42,829 nt of DNA from a virus: the IMG/VR virus record IMGVR_UViG_3300048589_000489, positions 1-42,829 of that record; one strand, written 5' to 3'. The notes under the pieces were generated by a model. The model was not told the DNA's origin. It worked only from the letters and a program-made list of their open reading frames with translations, and ran no database searches. The position numbers and the translations under genes are program-made. Each line of letters starts with the position of its first letter. Within the stretch, counting starts at the first letter, position 1. Positions 33,355 through 40,415 of this stretch are shown here, one piece after another.

Positions 33355-33383
33355 AATCTATTGTATATCGTTATACAAAAAAG
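33355..33383 (-). promoter_or_regulatory. Promoter family member P4 (weak -35): CTTTTT-N17-TAGATT with the conserved ATACAATAG core
   Basis: The minus strand reads TTTTTTGTATAACGATATACAATAGATT, directly after the terminator U-tract. Confidence 0.4.
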
Positions 33384-33411
33384 GGGGAGGGGTACTTTTC
33401 CCGCTCCCCCT
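33377..33411 (-). terminator. Rho-independent terminator
   Basis: The minus strand reads AGGGGGAG-C-GGG aaaagta CCC CTCCCCCT followed by TTTTTT, 13 nt after the Gp157-like gene stop. Confidence 0.7.
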
Positions 33412-33423
33412 GTCCTGTGTCGT

Positions 33424-34002
33424 TTATGCTACGGCTAGGGTCTCTTTCTGGTAGATTTTGATGCCTGGGATGTTTCGCTCGCCTGCTCGCATGGCTGCGG
33501 TTACGGCTCCCGAGTTTATCATCAGGTAGGTAGCTGGTACCTTGCTGATGTCTTCTACTTCGTACGTCCATACTTTTCTCATCTGGGAGTTGCCGATGGT
33601 TGTTTGGGGTCGCATCAATTCTACTGGTGCGTTTACCTGGTGTCCTTTTTCGGCGTGTGATTGTTGGATTTTGCGTCGGCGTTCTTCCTCGGCTGCGATC
33701 CTTGCCCGCTCTTTTCTCTGCCAGTCTAAAATTACTCCGCTGATTGTCTTTTTGGCGTGTTCTAGCGGGGCTAGCATTTTCTTGAAGTCGGCGTTGATTG
33801 TGCGTTGTGCGTCTACGAGTGGTTTGGTGTACTCTACTCGCTTGGCTTCTACTCGCTTTATGGTGTCGCTTACCTCTTTTAGAGTTTTGCTTGCCTTTTC
33901 TACGTCTTCCTCGCTGTTTATTCTCAGCGTGGTAGCTAGCTCGGCTACTGGTTTTATTTCTGCCTCAATTACCTTGAGGTCTTTTTCGTTGGGTAGTGCC
34001 AT
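33424..34002 (-). CDS. Gp157-like coiled-coil protein
   Basis: 192 aa. N-terminal coiled coil, C-terminal ...VWTYEVEDISKVPATYLMINSGAVTAAMRAGERNIPGIKIY. The architecture resembles the siphovirus Gp157 family. Confidence 0.4.
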   Translation of the reverse strand: MALPNEKDLKVIEAEIKPVAELATTLRINSEEDVEKASKTLKEVSDTIKRVEAKRVEYTKPLVDAQRTINADFKKMLAPLEHAKKTISGVILDWQRKERARIAAEEERRRKIQQSHAEKGHQVNAPVELMRPQTTIGNSQMRKVWTYEVEDISKVPATYLMINSGAVTAAMRAGERNIPGIKIYQKETLAVA

Positions 34003-34039
34003 GTGGCTCCTTTCCTGTTTCCTGTTTATAACTTATTAG

Positions 34040-34068
34040 ATACTATTGTATTACGTTGTTTTTGTACA
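34040..34068 (-). promoter_or_regulatory. Promoter family member P2: TGTACA-N17-TAGTAT
   Basis: The minus strand reads TGTACAAAAACAACGTAATACAATAGTAT, in the 70-nt gap upstream of the Gp157-like gene. Confidence 0.5.
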
Positions 34069-34072
34069 GGGG

Positions 34073-34411
34073 TCAAATCTCTACCGCGTGATAGTGCATG
34101 GCTTCCTGTGCTTGCTTCTCTACGTATTCGGTGAGGTGGTCGTCTAGCCATTCTCTCCAGTCGTGGGGTTGGGGTATTTCCGCGTCTTTGTGCTTCCGCT
34201 CGTAGTCGCCCCACATGATTTCGTTCACGTAGTTTTCTCTTATCCAGGCTTCTTCCCAGCTCTTTGGCTTTGGGTCGTACCAGTCCCGCTGTAGTAGTTT
34301 TTCGCCTTCGGCTTTTACTTCTTCGTAAAGGCTGGTTTTTAGCGTCTCTATGATTTCTTCCTGCTTTTCTGCGGTTAGATCGTTGAATTGGATTTCTATT
34401 GTGTGGGTCAT
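34073..34411 (-). CDS. Hypothetical acidic protein
   Basis: 112 aa, ATGA overlap with the upstream small ORF. Confidence 0.6.
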   Translation of the reverse strand: MTHTIEIQFNDLTAEKQEEIIETLKTSLYEEVKAEGEKLLQRDWYDPKPKSWEEAWIRENYVNEIMWGDYERKHKDAEIPQPHDWREWLDDHLTEYVEKQAQEAMHYHAVEI

Positions 34412-34566
34412 GCTTCCTCCTCGTAGTTAGGTTCTATTGGTTGGGCTTCTTCGCAGTTGTCGCACCACCACATTACTTGGTAGTGGTCTTCCTCGTAGGG
34501 CGAGGTAGTCCGTGATACTAGCACGTCTTCCTGGGTCATTTCTTTTTGGCAATCTGGGCATTCCAT
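34408..34566 (-). CDS. 52-aa zinc-ribbon protein, first early gene (below the ORF-track cutoff)
   Basis: MECPDCQKEMTQEDVLVSRTTSPYEEDHYQVMWWCDNCEEAQPIEPNYEEEA, RBS AAAGGAG. Confidence 0.55.
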   Translation of the reverse strand: MECPDCQKEMTQEDVLVSRTTSPYEEDHYQVMWWCDNCEEAQPIEPNYEEEA

Positions 34567-34597
34567 GGTGGCTCCTTTCTGATGTGTAACAAGTTGT

Positions 34598-34626
34598 ATT
34601 CTATTGTATTTTGTTGCTTATGTCGA
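34598..34626 (-). promoter_or_regulatory. Early promoter P1: TCGACA-N17-TAGAAT
   Basis: The minus strand reads TCGACATAAGCAACAAAATACAATAGAAT, about 30 nt upstream of the first early ATG. It shares the spacer core CAACnnAATACAATAG with P2 and P3. Confidence 0.55.
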
Positions 34627-34765
34627 ATAGTAAAAAGTTGGATTTTACACTTGTCGCGTCTTCTAGGGGAAATAGGACTCGAACTTTTTTGGGTACAAAA
34701 TGTTTTCTTCTACTTTCGGTAATGTTTCGGTAATTATCGCATATTCCCGCACGGTGTCCCCTCCC

Positions 34766-34842
34766 CTCCCCTACCGAAAAAAAATACTCCCCCATGCCTG
34801 GTAGTTAGAAAATAGGGGGGAGGGAGCGGTGGGGTAGGGGAG
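34766..34842. repeat. G/C-rich interrupted inverted repeat (10-bp outer and 7-bp inner arms) with G4-prone tracts
   Basis: ctcccctacc (34766-75) pairs with ggtaggggag (34833-42). ctccccc (34787-93) pairs with gggggag (34816-22). G-runs: GGGGGG-A-GGG-AGCGGT-GGGG-TA-GGGG at 34815-34840. Confidence 0.8.
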
Positions 34843-34879
34843 AGGTAAGTACTACTAAAACCCGTAACATTAGTAGGTA

Positions 34880-34923
34880 CAAAAAAATACGCAGACCTTG
34901 ACCTTTCGATTGTATCTGCGTAT
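34880..34923 (-). terminator. Terminator at the end of the late/lysis operon
   Basis: The minus strand has ATACGCAGA (19-nt loop) TCTGCGTAT followed by TTTTTT. Confidence 0.5.
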
Positions 34924-34936
34924 ATTTGATTGTTAT

Positions 34937-34980
34937 CCCAGTAGGTTCCGCTCCAAAGGTGTTACGTACTGGGTTTTTTT
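34937..34980 (+). terminator. Plus-strand-oriented hairpin plus T7 tract (would block antisense read-in to the lysis genes)
   Basis: cccagta (23-nt loop) tactggg followed by ttttttt on the plus strand, immediately beyond the holin-like gene stop. Confidence 0.4.
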
Positions 34981-34987
34981 GTGGCTT

Positions 34988-35272
34988 CTATAATGCTTTG
35001 CGTCCGTCGGTCGCGGTTTTCAATGCGGTGTTAGCCGTGTTGTAGACGACCTGAGCGTATACCCAGATTTGGGTTACGGTCTGCAGGAAGCTAGCCGAAG
35101 TATCGAACTTGAAAGCTCCTTCCATTACTACGACTACTAGCCCCGCTAAAAGTGCGAGTACCAGCGAAAAAAGAAAAGAGCCGAGCGAGGTTAGCCCCCA
35201 CTTGTCCTTTGCAAAAGTTACGAATGGTACTACGACCATACTTGCCACGATGGAAATGAGTTGGTTTTCCAT
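34988..35272 (-). CDS. Holin-like membrane protein
   Basis: 94 aa with 2-3 hydrophobic helices. Last gene of the operon, adjacent to the M23 peptidase gene. Confidence 0.45.
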   Translation of the reverse strand: MENQLISIVASMVVVPFVTFAKDKWGLTSLGSFLFSLVLALLAGLVVVVMEGAFKFDTSASFLQTVTQIWVYAQVVYNTANTALKTATDGRKAL

Positions 35273-35273
35273 A

Positions 35274-36320
35274 TTAGTTTCCTCCTTGGAAAAGTTTAGC
35301 TACTAAAAGGGTTAGGCAGTCTTGCCACGTGAGGGCTTTCTTCACGTCTTCCAGGGCACCCTTTTTGAGTGCTTCCTTTTCTTTTTCTAGTGTATTTACT
35401 TGACCCTGGAGCGTAGCTAATTCGCCGTTTAGTCCACCCTTTTCTTTTGCTAGGGTGTCTACCTGCGACTGTAGTGTATCAATCCGACCCTGCAACAACC
35501 CCACGGTTTTTTGGTGTTCTGAGGCGTTTGTATTTTGTGCGTCGGTTAGGGCTTTTCTGAGCTTTTGCTCCTCCAGCAGTTGATCGTTGAGTCTGCCAAC
35601 TTGCTCTACGCGGTTTTTTACTTCCGTTAGTGCTGTGGTTAGTTGGTTTTGCAAGTCTGTACCTCGAGAGCGGATACCCTGGATGACCTGCTGTACCTTC
35701 TCGAACGGGGTTAGCGTCGGGTCGGCTGTCTCGATCTCTAGGTACCGTACTGTTTTGTCGTAGCTTTCGCTACCTGTGCGAAGTCGCTCGTAGTCCTTGA
35801 CTTCTATCTGCATGATTTCTCCTGGCATGGTGCCTCCTTCTTTGATGTACTCTCGGAGTTCATCAAAAAACTCCTGGGGGTTTATAGCCCCAAAGTAGCC
35901 GTTATTTTGCTCTAGGTTGATGTGTTGCCCGTTTTCTATGCGAATGGGCTTTACTGTGAGGTGTAGGTGGCTTCCTGTGCTGTTTCCTGTGTTGTCGCTG
36001 ATTGCCATTGTTTCGCCAGCACGTTTGGTTTTGAAGTCTAGTACGTGGTCGCAGTGGGCAAAAGTTAGTTTCCACGTTCTTTTTAGTCGGCAAATAGTCT
36101 CGAAAAATATGCCGTAGCCTGTGGGGTCGCTTCCTCTGCGGTAAAACTCCATGAGCCAGCTAGCTAGAATATCTCTCTTGCCGTCGGGGGTGTCGGGGTA
36201 TTTTGTTTTCAAGTCCCAGCCGTTGTGTCCTGCTAAACCAAACTTAGCGTATGAGGCTGGGTTTTCGCCGAAGCCCTGGGTTAGTTGGAACGGTTCTATT
36301 GGTCTGAATATGTCTGCCAT
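35274..36320 (-). CDS. M23 metallopeptidase (endolysin candidate) with a long C-terminal coiled coil
   Basis: 348 aa. HxxxD (GHNGWD) and HxH (GSHLHL) motifs. The C-terminal ~170 aa show heptad-like Q/L/E/K repeats. Confidence 0.75.
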   Translation of the reverse strand: MADIFRPIEPFQLTQGFGENPASYAKFGLAGHNGWDLKTKYPDTPDGKRDILASWLMEFYRRGSDPTGYGIFFETICRLKRTWKLTFAHCDHVLDFKTKRAGETMAISDNTGNSTGSHLHLTVKPIRIENGQHINLEQNNGYFGAINPQEFFDELREYIKEGGTMPGEIMQIEVKDYERLRTGSESYDKTVRYLEIETADPTLTPFEKVQQVIQGIRSRGTDLQNQLTTALTEVKNRVEQVGRLNDQLLEEQKLRKALTDAQNTNASEHQKTVGLLQGRIDTLQSQVDTLAKEKGGLNGELATLQGQVNTLEKEKEALKKGALEDVKKALTWQDCLTLLVAKLFQGGN

Positions 36321-36355
36321 GTGTCGTGGTTCCTGTTGTAATTAGTTGTATAGTA

Positions 36356-36682
36356 TCATTTTTTGTTGCGGTTGCGGTAGTAGACAAATCCCCAAGAGCC
36401 TATGAAAAAAACTGCCGTTACAGCTAAAAATCTGATGTTGTGCTGTACGCTCGTGAAGGTTCCGCCAAAAAGTAAAATAGCGAAGTAGCCCAAGTTTATC
36501 ATTGAGCTTAGAAATACTAGCAAAAATAGGGTAGCTAGCAAAATTGATAGCCCGCGTATGCCGTTCTTTACCAATGTTCGTTCGCTAAAAATCACGTGGA
36601 ACATATACATAGCTGCTGGTAGGGTAGCGAGCGATAAAAAGGCATTAGCCAGGCGTAGTAGTTGGGCAGTGTCTGGTGTCAT
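36356..36682 (-). CDS. Four-helix membrane protein (holin or lysis-accessory candidate)
   Basis: 108 aa, four hydrophobic segments, basic C-terminus RNRNKK. Confidence 0.45.
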   Translation of the reverse strand: MTPDTAQLLRLANAFLSLATLPAAMYMFHVIFSERTLVKNGIRGLSILLATLFLLVFLSSMINLGYFAILLFGGTFTSVQHNIRFLAVTAVFFIGSWGFVYYRNRNKK

Positions 36683-37011
36683 TTATCTTTTCTCCTTATT
36701 ACATCGTACACATTTTCGGTTAGTGTCTCAATGGCTTGTACTGTACTTTGCTGTATATTTTTCATTCCCTCTACGACTTTGGTATTTTCTACGAAAGCCG
36801 TGGTTACTTTGTCCGCTACTTCCCGTTGCCTGTTTAGGTGTGCGTTTCGTTCTAGCTCCCAGGAAGCTCGCTCGGCTTTCCTTTCGTCTTCCCAGCGTTT
36901 GCGTTCCTCTTTGCGGTCGTTACGTTCTTGGATGAAAAGGTACAAAAAAATTGCTCCCATTCCTATCTGGGTTATTATAGGGGCTAGTGTGGCTGGTGTG
37001 AATAGTTCCAT
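36679..37011 (-). CDS. N-terminally anchored coiled-coil protein (lysis-accessory candidate)
   Basis: 110 aa, RBS AAGGAGGAACC. One TM helix followed by an R/E/K-rich helix. Confidence 0.45.
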   Translation of the reverse strand: MELFTPATLAPIITQIGMGAIFLYLFIQERNDRKEERKRWEDERKAERASWELERNAHLNRQREVADKVTTAFVENTKVVEGMKNIQQSTVQAIETLTENVYDVIRRKDK

Positions 37012-37020
37012 GGTTCCTCC

Positions 37021-38250
37021 TTATCCTGCCAAGCCTACTTTTCCTAAAAATGGCATAGCTGCGTTTAGTCCGATGACTGTGTACAGCTCGCCGTAGTACG
37101 CACTACTTGGAGTTTGTCCGTTTATTTTTCCTGCGTAGATTGTGATACGACCCTTGCCACCATTTCCGCCGTTGCCACCGTCGCCGTTCTTAGTTCCGCC
37201 AACTCCACCTACTACTTGTAGTAAGTCTACGTCGTCGAGGTATAGTTCCTCACAAATTATGACGATACTTCCGCCCGATCCAGCTCCGCCTCCGCCTCCA
37301 TTACCTGAAATACCATTGTCGCCGTTAGCTCCGTTGCTTAGAATCTCGCCCAAAACTCGTAAGTTACGCACTACCAAATAGATAATAGCTCCGCCGTTTC
37401 CGCCGTTTCCGCCCCCCTGAGCTCCTGGGTCTTTGCTTTTACCGCCTCCACCACCTCCTGCACCCATGAGTACTCGGTCGCTGTTATCGCTAACGCCGTA
37501 GACACTTCCTACTGCTCCACCACTTACTGAGCTACCGTTAGATACTCCTTGTCCGTTGGTACCTGCTGTTGCGTGGCTTGCTCCGCCACCTCCTGCTGCT
37601 TGGTCGCTTCCGCGTTTACCCTGGGCACCTTGTCCTGCTCCGTCGTTTGTGGCTACTCCTGGCGATGGTGAACCACCAAAACTACTACTACCGCCTGCTA
37701 TGCGGTCGGCTAATGCACTTTCGCCAGTGTCTCCCGTGTCTGATACTTCTACGATACCGCTACCGCCCGTACCGCCTCGGAAGCCTTTTCCTGTACCTTG
37801 GATTTTTCCACCTGCTTCTATCGTCAAAACTCCGCTACAAAAGACCATGCCTAAACCGTTTTTGTCTCCGTCCCAAGCTGTGATATTCCAAGTACCTGAG
37901 GGGGAAATGCGACCGCCTGCGTATTCCTTGACTTTTACCATTACGCTTTGGTTGGCTCCTGTGTCGTTGTAGGTATTGTCGAATGGTCTATCTGTGAATA
38001 CGTGTCCGCTACTTACGCTACTTACTCGACGAAACTCATGCTTTCCTGGGTTTGTCGTGGTGTTGCCACGCATTTTCATCATACAAACGAGATCGCCTGC
38101 TGATATTCCCGATTCGCTAGTGGTTATGTCGTTGGAAGTTGCGGAAACCGTCGCCGTACGAGGGGCGGTCATAAAATCGCTACTATCGGTTAGGTTGAGG
38201 TAGCCATCGCTACCTCTCCCGAAAATTGGTGCTGTGTCTGGTAGTGCCAT
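37021..38250 (-). CDS. Glycine-rich tail fibre/spike protein
   Basis: 409 aa. The C-terminal half has repeated GGxGGxGG runs alternating with short hydrophobic strands (AIIYLVV, SIVIICEEL, RITIYAG). Confidence 0.5.
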   Translation of the reverse strand: MALPDTAPIFGRGSDGYLNLTDSSDFMTAPRTATVSATSNDITTSESGISAGDLVCMMKMRGNTTTNPGKHEFRRVSSVSSGHVFTDRPFDNTYNDTGANQSVMVKVKEYAGGRISPSGTWNITAWDGDKNGLGMVFCSGVLTIEAGGKIQGTGKGFRGGTGGSGIVEVSDTGDTGESALADRIAGGSSSFGGSPSPGVATNDGAGQGAQGKRGSDQAAGGGGASHATAGTNGQGVSNGSSVSGGAVGSVYGVSDNSDRVLMGAGGGGGGKSKDPGAQGGGNGGNGGAIIYLVVRNLRVLGEILSNGANGDNGISGNGGGGGAGSGGSIVIICEELYLDDVDLLQVVGGVGGTKNGDGGNGGNGGKGRITIYAGKINGQTPSSAYYGELYTVIGLNAAMPFLGKVGLAG

Positions 38251-38254
38251 AGTT

Positions 38255-39100
38255 TTATCCCATGGACACGGTCAAATATGCTCCTGGTACACTGCTTCCT
38301 ATTTGGGTTACGTCGAGCGAGAAGTAGTCTCCCGCTGAGTAGCTTATAGAAAGCCCTGTAGAACTGGTGTTCTGACCGCCAGCAGATATTGACAGCGTCG
38401 CTACTTGTACGCCATTTTTATTTACCCGCAGGTTTAGGGCTGCTCCCGTTGGGGCTGTTTTTACTCTGGCGTATATTGCTGTTATGGTTCCCGCTTGAGG
38501 TGCGACCCAATAGGGGGTTACGTCGTTTAGTACAGCTAGGTTCCCCACTACTGTAAAAGGTGGTACCCCCGCACCGCCTCCGATTCTGAATAGGGGACGG
38601 CTGTCTGTAATGTTAGCGTTTACTATTGAGGTTACTCCGTCGCCGACGGTTATGCGGGCAATTTCTACCCAAGGGTTTCCCGCTCCTACGGCTGTTTGTA
38701 CTGCTGCGTCGTCTGGTGCCGTTGGGCTTCCCGCTGGCGTTCCTTCTACGTCCATAAACAATACCGCGTCGGGGTTGTTGCTGTCGGTGTCGTCTACCAC
38801 GCTGAGGTCTACGTAGGCTACTATCCTGTCTATGCGGTCGTTACTTGGGTCTGCGTTTCCGATTGTGAGGTCTTGGCTAACGGTACTCCAAACGTGGAAA
38901 AAATAGTCTAGGTAGCTTATTACTAGGTCGCCCGCTGCTATTTTTACGTCCATTGATGGGGTGTCGTCTTCCTCTACTAGAAAATCGCCCGTGCCTAGAA
39001 TACCCTCGTTTTGGGTGGCTGCGAGCTTTGCTAAAAGGCGGGTAGCACCTTCTTCGTTGGTTTTACCGCCGTCTCTGATTGCTACGTATTTGTCTGGCAT
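38255..39100 (-). CDS. Tail fibre / receptor-binding protein candidate
   Basis: 281 aa, downstream of the Tal-like gene. Pattern ...DRIDRIVAYVD...GTPAGSPTAP...IARITVGDGVTSI...ITDSRP. Confidence 0.45.
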   Translation of the reverse strand: MPDKYVAIRDGGKTNEEGATRLLAKLAATQNEGILGTGDFLVEEDDTPSMDVKIAAGDLVISYLDYFFHVWSTVSQDLTIGNADPSNDRIDRIVAYVDLSVVDDTDSNNPDAVLFMDVEGTPAGSPTAPDDAAVQTAVGAGNPWVEIARITVGDGVTSIVNANITDSRPLFRIGGGAGVPPFTVVGNLAVLNDVTPYWVAPQAGTITAIYARVKTAPTGAALNLRVNKNGVQVATLSISAGGQNTSSTGLSISYSAGDYFSLDVTQIGSSVPGAYLTVSMG

Positions 39101-39122
39101 AATGATCTCCTTTTAGTATAGA

Positions 39123-39350
39123 CTAGCTAGTTGTAAAAGTAACTACTGAGCCGTTTTTCTCGCCCTTGAATTGGTTGCTTGTACTGTTATACCAAATCTG
39201 CCCGTTAGCTGGGTCGGCTGGGTCGCTCTCTAGTACGGGTATGATTAGGACGTTGAGCTGGTTTGTTTTTAGCTGCTCTAGTAGTTGCCTCAATCCCCGC
39301 ATTTGGTTTTCTAGTCTTTTTTCTAGTGATAGCTCTGATAGGTTTTTCAT
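39123..39350 (-). CDS. Small tail-fibre-associated protein
   Basis: 75 aa. Coiled coil followed by DPANGQIWYNSTSNQFKG. Confidence 0.4.
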   Translation of the reverse strand: MKNLSELSLEKRLENQMRGLRQLLEQLKTNQLNVLIIPVLESDPADPANGQIWYNSTSNQFKGEKNGSVVTFTTS

Positions 39351-40414
39351 ACTGTTTTTTCGCTGACTGTTATTGTGGCGGTCTCGCTGTCGAACTCGTC
39401 TATGTCTAGCACTATTTGGTCTACTCGATAGCGTCCGTTCATGTTTTCGTATATTGGGTGGTCGAATATCTTTACTGGTACGCGGTCGCCGAGCCAGTAG
39501 CTTCCTAAAAATGGTTGCTGATTTCCGTCCATTACTATTTCCATGGTTTTTAGTGGGTCGCTTTGCAGTCGCAGTATTTCCTGGGCGTGTCCTCTTAGGG
39601 TGTCTTCTATACTGATGTCTGGGTAGTCAACTACTAGCTGGCGTAGTCCGTAGGCTGCTTTGCTGACTGTGTTTTCCTCGACTACTACGAGCTGCGATTC
39701 GCCAAAGCCTTGCCCTCTAGCTATGACCTCGTTTACTAGCTGGGTTGCGTCTCTGGTTATTCGCAGGGCTTTGATGTTTCCTGGGTAAGTGAACTCGAAC
39801 TCTGTTCTAACTACTCCTTGCTCGTCGTAGACGTTGAACTTCTTTTCTGGTGTCATTTCCAGGTCGAAACCGCCTATGACTTCGGTTAGCTGTATAAGTA
39901 GCTCCATGATATTTTTGTACTCATACTCGCGGTCTCTATTTTGGGTTGCTTGTATGGTGCCTTCGGTTATTCCTAGTCCGCCGTTGGCTAGTCCCTGGGT
40001 GTAGTTTATTGCTGCCATCGCTATGGCTCCCGCGTCGGTGTCGTCGTATCTGACGGACGCTGCGGTGTAGCGGTAGTTGAGTAGTAAAAATGTACCCTGT
40101 GAGCGTACTGTTATGGTAGTGTCGTCTCCTAGGTTCCCTTCGTCAAACTGCATTTTTCCTCTAAAAATACGTCTGTCTCCACGTAGTATTTCTAGCTCGT
40201 TCTGCCCTGTGGCTAGTAGCGAGTTACTTTGTACACCTATTTCCTCGGCGTACTGCTGTAGTTTATAGATGTCTATGCTAAAAGTTGCTTCGTGTCCGCG
40301 GTTTCTGGTCAATACTATATTCCGCGTGAAGGCTAGCCCTGATAGGTCGGCTATAAGCGATCCTGATGGACTTAGTATTCTGAATTGGTATTTTGAATCT
40401 AGGTTCTGTGGCAT
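39347..40414 (-). CDS. Tail-associated (Tal/baseplate hub-like) protein
   Basis: 355 aa, second gene after the tape measure gene. Confidence 0.5.
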   Translation of the reverse strand: MPQNLDSKYQFRILSPSGSLIADLSGLAFTRNIVLTRNRGHEATFSIDIYKLQQYAEEIGVQSNSLLATGQNELEILRGDRRIFRGKMQFDEGNLGDDTTITVRSQGTFLLLNYRYTAASVRYDDTDAGAIAMAAINYTQGLANGGLGITEGTIQATQNRDREYEYKNIMELLIQLTEVIGGFDLEMTPEKKFNVYDEQGVVRTEFEFTYPGNIKALRITRDATQLVNEVIARGQGFGESQLVVVEENTVSKAAYGLRQLVVDYPDISIEDTLRGHAQEILRLQSDPLKTMEIVMDGNQQPFLGSYWLGDRVPVKIFDHPIYENMNGRYRVDQIVLDIDEFDSETATITVSEKTV

Positions 40415-40415
40415 A

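Noticed and set aside
34665-34684. tRNA-like fragment (minus strand GTTCGAGTCC-TATTTCCCCTA, resembling a T-loop plus 3' acceptor end), a possible tRNA or attP core
   Set aside because: The T-stem partners do not pair (AAAAG versus CCTAT). No D-arm or anticodon arm and no 7-bp acceptor helix can be built within 72-90 nt. No integrase is encoded, so an attP role is unsupported.
34601-34795. 64-aa minus-strand ORF in the main intergenic region
   Set aside because: It starts inside the G/C-rich inverted repeat and has no RBS. It runs through the early promoter, and its composition is implausible (MGEYFFSVGEGRGHRAG...). The region is better explained as regulatory DNA.
37021-39100. A diversity-generating retroelement targeting the fibre genes
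   Set aside because: No reverse transcriptase ORF and no template/variable repeat pair was seen anywhere in the genome.
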